The notes beneath the pieces were generated by a model, which had not been told where the DNA came from, ran no database searches, and saw only the letters and a program-made list of their open reading frames with translations. From the NCBI GenBank assembly GCA_965217775.1, contig CBDCJH010000002.1, forward strand, positions 2,240,001 to 2,304,000: 64,000 bases of DNA, given 5' to 3'. Positions 48,242 to 58,178 of this stretch are shown here, one piece after another (the stretch's first letter is position 1; every line of letters starts with the position of its first letter). The DNA comes from Acidobacteriota bacterium. Lineage in GTDB: Bacteria; Acidobacteriota; UBA6911; RPQK01; JAJDTT01. A program made the translations under genes and the position numbers.

Positions 48242-49798
48242 ATGGCTGAAATCTCCGAGATCAACTACAAGCTGGGTCAGGACAACGTCCAGTTCCTCGG
48301 CCTCGACGTCCATCATCCGGTTTTCGTCGTCTCCAGCCTCACCATCATCGCCTTCGTCGCCGGGGTGCTGGCGTTCCAGGCCGAGGCGGCGGTCGCCTTC
48401 GAGGCGCTGCGCGCGTGGCTCACGTCGACCTTCGACTGGGTGTTGATGGGCACGGGCAACCTCTTCGTGCTCTTCTGCCTGCTATTGCTGGTGACCCCGC
48501 CTGGCCGTGTGCGCCTGGGCGGCGCGGATGCCCGGCCGGACTACTCCCGAACGGCCTGGTTCGCCATGCTGTTCGCCGCGGGGACGGGCATCGGCCTGAT
48601 GTTCTTCGGGGTGGCAGAACCGGTGGAGCATTTCCTGCAACCGCCGCTCGGTCTCGATGCGGCCGACACGGCGGCGGCGGCGCGCCTCGGCATGGCCAGC
48701 GCCATCTACCACTGGGGAATCCATGGCTGGGCCATGTACGCGGTGGTGGCGGTGGCGATCGCCTTCGCGTCGTATAACCTCGGCCTGCCGCTGGCGCTGC
48801 GGTCGGCGTTCTATCCGCTGATGGGGGAGGCTGTGTGGGGCCGGTTCGGCCACGGCCTCGACACCCTTTCCGTCTTCGCCACGCTCTTTGGGCTGGCCAC
48901 ATCGCTCGGCCTGGGCGCCGAGCAGTTGGCGGCGGGGCTGGCACGCCTGTGGGGCACGCCGGCGACCGACACCACCCAGGTGCTGCTGATCGTCGGTATC
49001 ACCGGCATGGCGCTGGCGTCGGTTATCAGCGGCATGGAGAAGGGGGTGAAGCGGCTGAGCGAGGCCAACCTGCTACTCGCCCTGCTGCTGCTGGTGTTCG
49101 TGCTGACGGTCGGGCCGACGCGCGCCATCGCCACCGGCGCCGTCACCAGCCTGGGCCAGTATCTCGCGTCGATCGGACCGCTCAGCAACTGGGTGGGCCG
49201 CGAGGATCTCGACTTCATGCACGGCTGGACGACCTTCTACTGGGCTTGGTGGCTCTCGTGGTCCCCCTTCGTCGGCCTGTTCATCGCCCGGGTCTCGCGT
49301 GGCCGGACGGTGCGCGAACTGGTCGCCTGCATGCTGGTCATCCCGACGCTGACTGCTACGATCTGGATGAATGCCTTCGGAGGGACCGCGGTGTCGCAGT
49401 ACGTCGACCGCGGCCATTCCGCCGTGATCACGGCGGTGCAGGCGCAGCAGCCGGAGATCGCCCTGTTCGCGCTGCTGGAGACGCTGCCACTTGCGACCGT
49501 CACCTCGTTCATCGGCCTCGTGTTGGTGGTGGTGTTCTTTGTCACCTCCTCCGACTCCGGATCACTGGTCATCGACACCATCACCGCCGGCGGCAAGCTG
49601 GATGCGCCGGTTGTCCAGCGCGTGTTCTGGTGCGTCTTCGAGGGGCTGATCGCCATCGCGCTGCTGCTCGGCGGCGGCCTTGTGGCCGCGCAGGCGGCCA
49701 CGCTCGCCGCCGCTCTCCCCTTCGCGCTGGTGCTGGTCGCCATGTGCTACAGCACCTGGAAGGGCCTGCGCGCGAGCACGGCGGGCAGGGTCCGTTAA
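48242..49798 (+). CDS. BCCT-family (betaine/choline/carnitine) transporter
   Basis: WFAMLFAAGTGIGLMFFGVAEP; HWGIHGWAMY; WTTFYWAWWLSWSPFVGLFIARVSRGRT; FFVTSSDSGS. Confidence 0.92.
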   Translation: MAEISEINYKLGQDNVQFLGLDVHHPVFVVSSLTIIAFVAGVLAFQAEAAVAFEALRAWLTSTFDWVLMGTGNLFVLFCLLLLVTPPGRVRLGGADARPDYSRTAWFAMLFAAGTGIGLMFFGVAEPVEHFLQPPLGLDAADTAAAARLGMASAIYHWGIHGWAMYAVVAVAIAFASYNLGLPLALRSAFYPLMGEAVWGRFGHGLDTLSVFATLFGLATSLGLGAEQLAAGLARLWGTPATDTTQVLLIVGITGMALASVISGMEKGVKRLSEANLLLALLLLVFVLTVGPTRAIATGAVTSLGQYLASIGPLSNWVGREDLDFMHGWTTFYWAWWLSWSPFVGLFIARVSRGRTVRELVACMLVIPTLTATIWMNAFGGTAVSQYVDRGHSAVITAVQAQQPEIALFALLETLPLATVTSFIGLVLVVVFFVTSSDSGSLVIDTITAGGKLDAPVVQRVFWCVFEGLIAIALLLGGGLVAAQAATLAAALPFALVLVAMCYSTWKGLRASTAGRVR

Positions 49799-49818
49799 CC
49801 CGCCACGTGCATCCCTGT

Positions 49819-49943
49819 TCATGGGGCCGGGCGACTACCGGCGGGCGCACTGCTACGACGAGTACCTGGAACTGGATCAGATCGTGGAAGGACTCACGAT
49901 CTTCGCGCGGGCCATCCTGGATTGGTGCGGATTCGACGGATAG
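49819..49943 (+). pseudogene. Orphan 3' fragment of an M20 peptidase gene (direct repeat copy B)
   Basis: MGPGDYRRAHCYDEYLELDQIVEGLTIFARAILDWCGFDG*, nearly identical to the C-terminus of 45052..46440. Confidence 0.85.
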
Positions 49944-50018
49944 TCAGACAGGCACGGCCCGAGCCACCGCGGGTCGTCCGGCGCCAGAATGACTTTCGTC
50001 CAACCGATTCCGGTCGAA

Positions 50019-51479
50019 CTACCCCCACAGATCCGGCAAGGGGGTCCCCTTCACCAGCTCACGAGGCTGTCCCAGGTGGTTGAGAACCTCCATGTGCGGA
50101 TCGATGCCCAGGCTGAAGTAGACGGATGCCAGCAGATCGTTGGGATGCACCGGCTTCTCCCTGGGTGAGGATCCGGTCTCGTCCGACTCTCCGTAGAGCG
50201 CCCCGCGAGCGATGCCTGCGCCCGCCACCAGCGCCGTGTAGCAGTAGGGCCAGTGATCCCGGCCGTCGGGGGAGTTGGTGTTCCCCGAGGTGCTCACACC
50301 GAGCCGAGGCGACCGTCCGAACTCTCCCACCGTGACCACCAGGGTCTCCTCCAGCAGCCCCCGGTCGTCCATGTCCTCCAAAAGCGCCGAGAGCGCCTGA
50401 TCCAGGACCGGACAATGCAGATTCTTCAGGGGACCGAAGTTGGCGGCGTGGGTGTCCCAGGCCGTGGTCTCCGGGTTCCCGTTGGCCACGGACGGCCAGT
50501 TGAGCTGAACGAATCGGGTTCCGGCCTCCACCAAGCGGCGGGCCATCAGAGCCCCCTGGCCGAAGGTGGTGCGCCCGTAACGCTCGCGCACGGCGACCGG
50601 CTCCTGCTCCAGATCGAAGGCGGCCCGGGCCTTGCCCGAGAGGACCAGGTCGTAGGCCCGCTCGTAGTACTCGTCGAGTGCGTGCTGGCCCACGGCCTTC
50701 TCCAGGTCGGGCATGGACTTGTTGATCCCCTTCAACAGAGTGAAGCGATCCTTCAACCGCTGGGCCGGGACTTCCTGGCGCAGGGACAGGTCATCCAGGC
50801 GGATCGGCTTGTTGGGATCCTGGTAGAGCCGGTAGGGATCGTAAGCCTTGCCCAGGAACCCGGCGGCTCCTCCCTTCCCCACCACGTTGGATTCCTGCAG
50901 CGGACGCGGCATCTCCACGAAGGGCAGCACCGGTTCATCCAGGGGAAGCATCTTGGAGATGTGAGATCCCGCAGTGGGAAAATCGGCCGGCGACGGGGGT
51001 TCCAACTGTCCCGACGGCGAGACCCGATCGGGTGGATATCCGGTCAGCATCTGGTAGATGGCCGCCGTGTGGTTGAACAGCCCCTTGGGCGTGTAGCTCA
51101 TGGAGCGGATCAAGGTGCACTTGTCCACCTGCTGGGCCAGCATGGGCATGGTTTCGCTGAGCCAGATTCCGGGGACCTTGCTCTTGATGGGCTTGAATTC
51201 GCCCCGAATGTTGGCCGGGGCGTCCGGCTTGGGGTCCCAAATGTCGATGTGACTGGGTCCGCCTTGGAGAAAAAGGAGGATCACGCTCTTGGCGGAGCCG
51301 AAGCCTTTGCTGGCCACCAGGTCGCCGGCGACCGACGGCGTGGAGGCGGCTTGGGCGGCCTGCCAGGAGAAGAAATTGGGAAGGCCGAGACCGAAAAGGC
51401 CGATGGAACCGACCCGTAGGAATTCCCGGCGCGTCGGACCGTCACAGAGAAACGCGCGATGACCTGGTACGACTAGCAT
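50019..51479 (-). CDS. DUF1501 domain protein
   Basis: TRREFL; [17 protein letters not shown]; ARRLVEAG; WDTH; GEFGRSP; GRDHWP. Confidence 0.88.
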   Translation of the reverse strand: MLVVPGHRAFLCDGPTRREFLRVGSIGLFGLGLPNFFSWQAAQAASTPSVAGDLVASKGFGSAKSVILLFLQGGPSHIDIWDPKPDAPANIRGEFKPIKSKVPGIWLSETMPMLAQQVDKCTLIRSMSYTPKGLFNHTAAIYQMLTGYPPDRVSPSGQLEPPSPADFPTAGSHISKMLPLDEPVLPFVEMPRPLQESNVVGKGGAAGFLGKAYDPYRLYQDPNKPIRLDDLSLRQEVPAQRLKDRFTLLKGINKSMPDLEKAVGQHALDEYYERAYDLVLSGKARAAFDLEQEPVAVRERYGRTTFGQGALMARRLVEAGTRFVQLNWPSVANGNPETTAWDTHAANFGPLKNLHCPVLDQALSALLEDMDDRGLLEETLVVTVGEFGRSPRLGVSTSGNTNSPDGRDHWPYCYTALVAGAGIARGALYGESDETGSSPREKPVHPNDLLASVYFSLGIDPHMEVLNHLGQPRELVKGTPLPDLWG

Positions 51480-51587
51480 TGGATACCTCCGTGTTCAAAA
51501 GCTGGCCCACGACGGCAGGTAGAGAACCGGCCGTTGCGGTCCATTCTCTATTTTCGGTCCCCGTCTTGCAACCTCGTGCAACTCCAC

Positions 51588-54104
51588 TCACCGATTGAAA
51601 AGAAAGGCGTTGCTGTTCAGCAGTGCCCAGAGTAGATCCTGGGCCGTCCCGGCCCGGCTCTCCCGCTCTTGGAACAGAAGCGCAGCCGAGGCGTATTCGG
51701 GAGCCGTGGGCGGCCGACTCAGGGTGGACAGGTAGAGATCCTCGATCAGCTCGCGATCCGAGGCGCCTTCCAGAACCAGGGATGCGATCCGCCCCTCGGG
51801 GTCCGCCACGGCCCGGCCCACGGTGGGGCCGTTGACCAGATTCAGCGCCTGGGAAAGGCTCATGTCGCTCTTGCGCTCGCACTCGCAGGGCTGGTCCCGC
51901 TGAGGCCGCCCGAAGAGGTCCAGAAACTCGCCGTTCTCCACGTGGGGATCGGGCAACTGCGCCGCGCGCGAGTCGTCGGGAACGGTTTCGAACTCGACCC
52001 GCGAGCCGGTCGCCGCGGAGATGGCGTCGGCCAACTGTTCCGCGCTCAGGCGCCGGGGAATCCGGCGGGAGAAGTTGATGCCGTCGTTTTCATTCCAGGA
52101 GTTGGTCCGGATCGACGCCTGGTAGGTCCGGGACTCGACGATGGTCCGCATGAGATGCTGAAGATCGTAATCGTGGTCCTTGAGATCCTGCGCCAAGGCA
52201 TCCAACAGGGGAGCGTTGACGGCCGGATTGGAGGCCCGGATGTCGTCCACCGGTTCGATGATGCCCCGGCCGAAAAAATAGCTCCAGACGCGATTGGCCA
52301 CCGCCCGCGCGAAGAAGGGGTTCTCCTTGGAGGTCAACCACTCCACCAGGGCCGGACGCTGGTCGCCCTCACCCTTAACTGCGGGAGCTCCCTTGACCGG
52401 AACCAGATACTCAGGCTCCACGACCCGCCCATCCTTGGGATGTTTCAGCTCGGCGTCCCGGCGTTTCTCGTAGACGATCTCTTCTCCGCTCTTGAACCCG
52501 GGCCGGATTCCGATGGCGGAAAAGAAGGCCGCCATCTGAAAGTACTGGTCCTGGGTCCATCTCTCGAAGGGATGGTCGTGACACTGGGCGCAGACCATGC
52601 GGACTCCCAGGAACAACTGGGTGGTGGTCTCCATGGCGTCCTGGGGAGTCCTCGCCACGCGGAAGTAGTTGACGGCGGGGTTCTCTCCCGTGCTCCCCTT
52701 GGAGGCCAGCAGTTCCCGGACCAGCTCGTGATAGGGCTTGTTCTCGGCCACCGACTGCCGGATCCACTCCTGGAAGGACCAGATGCCCTTGTGGCCCAGG
52801 AACTTCCGGTTGTTGCGCAGGAGATCGCCCCACTTCAGGGTCCAATGATCGACATAGGCGTCACTGCCCATGAGCCGGTCGATGGCCTCCCGACGCTTCT
52901 CCTGCGGGTCGGCCGGATCCTCCAGAAAGGCCTGCACTTCCTCGGGCCGGGGGAGACGCCCCGTCAGGTCCAACGAGACACGGCGCAGGAATTCGCTGTC
53001 GGACGCCGGGGGCGAAGGCCGCACCCGGATCCGCTCCAGCTTCCCGTCCACCAGGCGGTCGATGTAGTTGTACTGGGGCAGCGGACGCCACTCGAAACCG
53101 GAACTGGGATTCAGAACCGTGACCGGGACCGTCACGAACTTTCCCTCGTAACGGACCAGCAGGGCCCCCTCTCCGACCCGCTCGCCCTCCACCACCGCTC
53201 CGTCCGTCACGGCGATGGCCTCGGTGTTGCTGCTGCCCAGATGGGCCTCCCGGGTGACGTCCCGGAGGCTGCCGTCCACATATTCCGCCAGAATCACGAC
53301 GCTCTGTTTCTGGCCGGGCGCAGTCAGGAAAACCTCCTCCGGCAGGACCTCCAGCCGCCGCACCCGATCCGTCGACTCTTCGCCGAAGGGCACTCCATCG
53401 GTGATCCACTGGAGGAGGGTGTCGTAGTAGGGGGAGTCCGGTGGCAGCCTCAGGCCGCCCCCATGGGCCACCTGCTGGGCGGGCTTGGCCAGCATCAGGC
53501 TGCGGGCCGGATCGGCGCGATTGAAGCGGCGGCCCGACATGTCGTAGAGGAGCGACTGGTAGTCGAAGCGGGGATCGTAGCCCCGCAGCGAGAGCTTGAA
53601 GCCGTTCTTCCCCTTCGCCGCCCCGTGACACATTCCATTCGTGCAACCCACCTTGTTGATGACCGGCAGGACGTCCTTCAGGAAGGTGGTCGGTTGTTCC
53701 CGGGCCGGCTCGATCCGAACCGGCAGATCCACACTGAGAGCTTCAGCCGTCACCTGAAGCGTCGTTTCTCCCGGCTCCCTCGGGTGGAGAAAGCCATTGC
53801 CCTGGACCTCCACCAGACCGGCCGGATCATCGTAGCGGGCCTCTGCCGTCAGGTCCCGTTTTTCGCCCGTTGTCATGATTCCGGTGACCAGAATCCGCCT
53901 GGCGGAACCCGGTCCGGAGAAGACCAGAGGAGAGGGCTCGACCCGAATCTCACGGAACACTTCGCCGGCTGCCACGAGAGGCCCGGCGGCGAGCACTGCC
54001 GCCATAGCTATGGCCCCGAACACGCCTGCCAACACCGTCCTGTTCGGGTTCAACTGCATCGATACGCGTTCCGTGAACATAGACGCCCCCGATCCATTCA
54101 TCAT
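51588..54104 (-). CDS. DUF1549/DUF1553 protein with Ig-like domains and heme-like motifs
   Basis: CTNGMCHG..GKNGFKLSL; FLRRVSLDLTG; CAQCHDHPF; NRVW..FFGRG; RRLSAEQL; CECER. Confidence 0.88.
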   Translation of the reverse strand: MMNGSGASMFTERVSMQLNPNRTVLAGVFGAIAMAAVLAAGPLVAAGEVFREIRVEPSPLVFSGPGSARRILVTGIMTTGEKRDLTAEARYDDPAGLVEVQGNGFLHPREPGETTLQVTAEALSVDLPVRIEPAREQPTTFLKDVLPVINKVGCTNGMCHGAAKGKNGFKLSLRGYDPRFDYQSLLYDMSGRRFNRADPARSLMLAKPAQQVAHGGGLRLPPDSPYYDTLLQWITDGVPFGEESTDRVRRLEVLPEEVFLTAPGQKQSVVILAEYVDGSLRDVTREAHLGSSNTEAIAVTDGAVVEGERVGEGALLVRYEGKFVTVPVTVLNPSSGFEWRPLPQYNYIDRLVDGKLERIRVRPSPPASDSEFLRRVSLDLTGRLPRPEEVQAFLEDPADPQEKRREAIDRLMGSDAYVDHWTLKWGDLLRNNRKFLGHKGIWSFQEWIRQSVAENKPYHELVRELLASKGSTGENPAVNYFRVARTPQDAMETTTQLFLGVRMVCAQCHDHPFERWTQDQYFQMAAFFSAIGIRPGFKSGEEIVYEKRRDAELKHPKDGRVVEPEYLVPVKGAPAVKGEGDQRPALVEWLTSKENPFFARAVANRVWSYFFGRGIIEPVDDIRASNPAVNAPLLDALAQDLKDHDYDLQHLMRTIVESRTYQASIRTNSWNENDGINFSRRIPRRLSAEQLADAISAATGSRVEFETVPDDSRAAQLPDPHVENGEFLDLFGRPQRDQPCECERKSDMSLSQALNLVNGPTVGRAVADPEGRIASLVLEGASDRELIEDLYLSTLSRPPTAPEYASAALLFQERESRAGTAQDLLWALLNSNAFLFNR

Positions 54105-56599
54105 TCCCCCGTCCGGAGAGAAGCCACGCCGGTATCGTCCTCCTGCGACTCCTTGCCGGCGACGATCAAACGGGTGGCCACCGACGGAATCCGATAGGGG
54201 ACCTGCGTTTCCGTCCGGGTCGCCAGAGTCGAGGACGAGGACAACTCCATGGCGTACTCACCCGGCTGTACCGATTGCCCGGCCCTGCAGGGGATCTGAA
54301 ACTCCTCCTGGTCCAGACCCACCTGAACCGGCTCGCACAGAACGCCGTTGGGGAAATTCTCGGGTTGAACGTTCACCGGCCGGTCGAAAAGCGGGTCGCG
54401 TTCGACCCGGCCCCGAAAATACCCGCTACCCCCCGGCTGGAGCGTCAGACCCGTTTCCTCTACCCGGATGTGGTAGCCCTGCACCACGTCGAAGGTCAGG
54501 GGACGGCTCCGGATCGTCTGCTTGCGTCCCCGGATCTCCACTTCCCCCTCCGCCAGGAAGTTGAACTTTCCATGGACCGTGCCCATGGTGGTGGCCACGA
54601 TAATGGCGCCGGTGCCCGGTTCATCCTGCCCGCTGCCTTTGACGGCCCGAATCCGCAGTTCGCGGGCTATCGCCCTGTTCGTCTCGAGCTTCCGGGGCAG
54701 GGTCACTGCGGGATCGGCGGCCACCATGCGCCAAGTCACACGCTGGTCCATGCCAGGCAGCAGGCGCTCCGAAGACACTCCCGCCAATTCCAGGCGAATG
54801 GGAACCTCAGGGCTCACGTTCACCGGCACTCCAAGACCCAGCCAGGGAGCCGTGAACGGTTCTTCACGCATCCGCATGGAGGGTTCCGGCAAACCCGTTC
54901 CGGGCTTCACCGCGGTGATGAGACCCGGCGCCCGGGCCCAACGTTCGATCCGGGTGCCGTCGGGCAACACGGCCGTTCCCCGGACCGAGACCCGGCGTAC
55001 TCCCTGGGAGGCTCCGCTCTTGGCCGTGACGGTCAGAATCCCGGGAGCGGAGCGGAAGGGACTCTCGGGGGCCACCAATTCGGGAGGCACGTCACCCCCC
55101 TCAACCAGCAGAGCGTCTCCCGCATCCGGGATCTCCAGCCGGACGGCACCGGCATACCCCCGTCGATCGATCCTGGCTTCGATCCATGCGGTTCCATTTC
55201 GCGGCACGTTCAGGTAGGGAGTCAACACGGAGACGGTGAAATCGGCGGCACCCTTCCAGGCCGAAAGCCGGTAGGCGTAATCCGGCCCGCCGCGCCCCAC
55301 CAGATCTTCCACGGTGACGGTCACCTCTCGCGCCCCATCGGGGGCCTTGAAATTCAGATGGGGATCGCGGCTGACGTTGCCGTGCACCCGGAACGAGTCG
55401 TTCCTCAAGGGCACCTGATCGCCTCCCGAGGCCAGGAGTTTTCCCTGGGAATCCAGGACCGAGACCCGGCCGAAGAGGCGCGTCGTGCCCAATCGAGACC
55501 CCGCCAGATGAACCGACCATTCCTCTCCCGGTGCAACATGAAGACGGTAGCGGTCGACTTCGCCGGGCGCCGAGATCCGCCCGTTGACCACCGTGGAGGG
55601 CTCCAGCACTCCCAAAGGCTGGTCTTCCGGCTCCAGCCGCTCGGGAAGGTCGCCCACCACGAAGGGCAGCGGAAGCGCGCCCGGGACTCCTGGAGCCTGA
55701 AGCATCACGAATTCCCCGTCCACTCCCGACAGGTCCAGAGGGACCTCCCGGGGACCGGCGGGGCTTCCACCGACCATTTGGACCTTGACTTCTTCGCCTC
55801 TTTGCCAACCCAGGGGGAAGACCCCCTCGGCGTAGTCGAAGGCGCCGATCTTCAGCCGATAGAAGTTCTGGTCCTGGCGGCTGAACCGGGCGTCGTGGAC
55901 CACCGCATAGTAGTCGCCGTCGGGCAGCGAAAGGTCGAGGCGCGAATCGACGCCGATTCCGGGGGCGTCATCGTTTCTGGCGACCTGTTTCCCCTGGGAA
56001 TCGAGGACCAGAAGCACGGGGTCCAGAGCCGAGGCGACTCGGCGGCCCTCCACCTCCAACACGAACCTCTCCCCTTCCCGGGCCCGGAAGCGATAGACGT
56101 CGCGGTCGGGTCCCTCCAAGGTCCCGTTCACCGTCACGGGAACGGAAACCATCTGACTTCCCGCGGGGGTGTCGTTGGATCCTTCCTTCTCTTCGTTGAC
56201 TTCGGGAAACTCACCCACGGAGAAGAGCAGGACGTTGGAGAGTCCCCGGTCGCTGTGGACGCGAATAGGGTAGAGGCTGGGGGCCGCGTCTTTTCGGACC
56301 TCCACCAGAAAGGCCGCCGATTCCACGTCCTGGGCCGGGGCGTCCGGGGCCTGCGCCGCCAGCGGGGTGAAGCTTGCCGGAAGCGAAGAGAGGACCTTCA
56401 GATTCCCGCCCAGGCTCTTACCCGATACGGTCAGGGTCACGGCCGACCCCTTTTGGGCGCCCGGGGGATGCATCTGTTCCAGCAACGGTGCCTCGGCCCC
56501 CAGCAAAGACCCACAGAGCAGGGCCAGCAACGCCGTCATACCCCGGAATCGTGTTCCTGCCGAGAAATGGAAGCGGGAGTCGTTCATGGTTGGATCCAT
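54101..56599 (-). CDS. Secreted PPC-domain (pre-peptidase C-terminal repeat) protein
   Basis: Signal peptide; PPGAQKG; E.ESND; VNGTL..DRDVYRF; LDPVL..NDD; YRLKIG; a second VNGRI..EVDRY repeat. Confidence 0.75.
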   Translation of the reverse strand: MDPTMNDSRFHFSAGTRFRGMTALLALLCGSLLGAEAPLLEQMHPPGAQKGSAVTLTVSGKSLGGNLKVLSSLPASFTPLAAQAPDAPAQDVESAAFLVEVRKDAAPSLYPIRVHSDRGLSNVLLFSVGEFPEVNEEKEGSNDTPAGSQMVSVPVTVNGTLEGPDRDVYRFRAREGERFVLEVEGRRVASALDPVLLVLDSQGKQVARNDDAPGIGVDSRLDLSLPDGDYYAVVHDARFSRQDQNFYRLKIGAFDYAEGVFPLGWQRGEEVKVQMVGGSPAGPREVPLDLSGVDGEFVMLQAPGVPGALPLPFVVGDLPERLEPEDQPLGVLEPSTVVNGRISAPGEVDRYRLHVAPGEEWSVHLAGSRLGTTRLFGRVSVLDSQGKLLASGGDQVPLRNDSFRVHGNVSRDPHLNFKAPDGAREVTVTVEDLVGRGGPDYAYRLSAWKGAADFTVSVLTPYLNVPRNGTAWIEARIDRRGYAGAVRLEIPDAGDALLVEGGDVPPELVAPESPFRSAPGILTVTAKSGASQGVRRVSVRGTAVLPDGTRIERWARAPGLITAVKPGTGLPEPSMRMREEPFTAPWLGLGVPVNVSPEVPIRLELAGVSSERLLPGMDQRVTWRMVAADPAVTLPRKLETNRAIARELRIRAVKGSGQDEPGTGAIIVATTMGTVHGKFNFLAEGEVEIRGRKQTIRSRPLTFDVVQGYHIRVEETGLTLQPGGSGYFRGRVERDPLFDRPVNVQPENFPNGVLCEPVQVGLDQEEFQIPCRAGQSVQPGEYAMELSSSSTLATRTETQVPYRIPSVATRLIVAGKESQEDDTGVASLRTGE

Positions 56600-56657
56600 G
56601 GACTTGGATTAAAGATGTAGTTCCCAGTCTACTACGGACGAGTGTCAGAATCCCGCG

Positions 56658-58037
56658 TTACCGGGACGAGACCAGCGTCTCCCGGATCGGCACCGGGATG
56701 AATTCGGAGACGGTCCGGCCCGAGTCCAACTCACAGATTCTCACGGTGCCGTCGAAGCCACCCATGGCCAGACGGGCGCCATCCGGATGAAAGGCCACGG
56801 CGTAGACTCCCTGGTGGCCGGCATCGCAGACTCCGGAGGCGGCTCCGCTCTCCACCTCGTACAGGGGGACGCGGCTCGAGGCGCCGGACACGGCCAGCGT
56901 CCTCCCGTCCGGACTGAAGGCCAGATCGAAGATCTCGCCGTCCTGCTTCTCCAACTCATGAAGCAGGTTCGTGTTGTCCGCGATCAACATCTTGGCGGCC
57001 TTGTCCACCCGGTAGAGAAGGGGCGTCCGGTCCTCGCCGCCGATGGCGACGGTCTCGCGGCTGGGATGCCGGGCGATGGCCGTCAACTCTCCCTTCAGCA
57101 GATTGACGTTCTCGATGAAGGCACCGCTGGTGGCATCCACCAACTTGGCCGCCCGGTCCCGGCCCACCGAAATGACACGCTTGCCGTCCACCCCGAAAAC
57201 GGTCCCCAGGACCCAGTTCTCGTGATGACGCATCTTCAGCAGCTCTTTGCCTGTGGCCACTTCCATGATCCGGACCGTGTGATCGGCGCAGCCGAAGGCC
57301 ACCCGGGTCCCGTCCGGAGACAGAGACGCCCCGAAGAGCGTGTCGTGACAGCTCCGCACGGCCCTTCGGAGTTGTCCGGACTCCACGTCCCAGAATTGGA
57401 CCTCCCCGAAGCTGGCCGGCCTGCCCCCTGCCACCATGAGGGTCTTGCCGTCGGCGGTGAAGCCCAGCGACTGGATCCGATCGGCGGTCCCCACCAACCG
57501 GGCATCGGGTTCCGAGTCCGAATCCCGGTGCAGCAGCACTTCCCGGTAGCCGGACACGGCCAGCGTGCCGCCATCGGGAGAGTAGGCCAGCGCGGTGATG
57601 ACGGGCGGCTGCCGGTACACGGGAGGCTTTCCGCCAGCCAGCCGGGTGGCCATCTCCGAAGAGTCGTCCCGGGCCCCCGACGCGATCCAAGCCCGAAACA
57701 GCTCGATATCGGAAGGGTCCAAGGGCGGCTGTCCCAGCGGCATCCGAGGCTCCCGGTCCCCGGTGAGGTGCGCCAGGAGAAGGCTCCTGTCCGGGACGCC
57801 CACAACGAAGGCTTCTCCATGTTGGCCCCCGGTTCGAAGACTCTCGATATTGGTGACGTCCAGTCCCCCTTGACGGCTGGAAGGCTGGTGACACCCCTGG
57901 CAACTGCGTTGGAGAAGGGGCTGGATGTCCTGAGAGAAGCTCACCCCCGCGATCGATTTGGACTCCGCCTCGCCGCTGCCGAAAAGGCCGGAAGCCAACA
58001 GGACCGAAGTGCTCAGAAAGGCAATCAAACGAATCAT
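56658..58037 (-). CDS. Planctomycete-type cytochrome c domain plus WD40 repeats
   Basis: FSQDIQPLL..CQGCH; RMP; WIASGA; repeated A[YF]SPDG; GEVQFWD. Confidence 0.88.
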   Translation of the reverse strand: MIRLIAFLSTSVLLASGLFGSGEAESKSIAGVSFSQDIQPLLQRSCQGCHQPSSRQGGLDVTNIESLRTGGQHGEAFVVGVPDRSLLLAHLTGDREPRMPLGQPPLDPSDIELFRAWIASGARDDSSEMATRLAGGKPPVYRQPPVITALAYSPDGGTLAVSGYREVLLHRDSDSEPDARLVGTADRIQSLGFTADGKTLMVAGGRPASFGEVQFWDVESGQLRRAVRSCHDTLFGASLSPDGTRVAFGCADHTVRIMEVATGKELLKMRHHENWVLGTVFGVDGKRVISVGRDRAAKLVDATSGAFIENVNLLKGELTAIARHPSRETVAIGGEDRTPLLYRVDKAAKMLIADNTNLLHELEKQDGEIFDLAFSPDGRTLAVSGASSRVPLYEVESGAASGVCDAGHQGVYAVAFHPDGARLAMGGFDGTVRICELDSGRTVSEFIPVPIRETLVSSR

Positions 58038-58178
58038 TTCGCGCGTTCCGCCATCATAGGATGCGGGCTATTCGGGGTCAAGAAAAGGGGCGCGGTGGGG
58101 TGCGGCTTTCCGGCCGCCGGACTCCCAAAGGAGCGTACGGCCAGTAGGGGCGACCCTCGTGGTCGCTCTCCCCCGTCC

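Larger units (their letters stand above)
46441..48248. mobile_element. MITE-like element (~148 bp before interruption) with 26-bp inverted repeats, split by IS110
   Basis: 46441-46466 CAGTCCTATGCCGCATTTCTCACCAG versus the reverse complement of 48223-48248, CAGCCATAGCCCGCATTTCTCATCAG (21/26). Confidence 0.6.
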
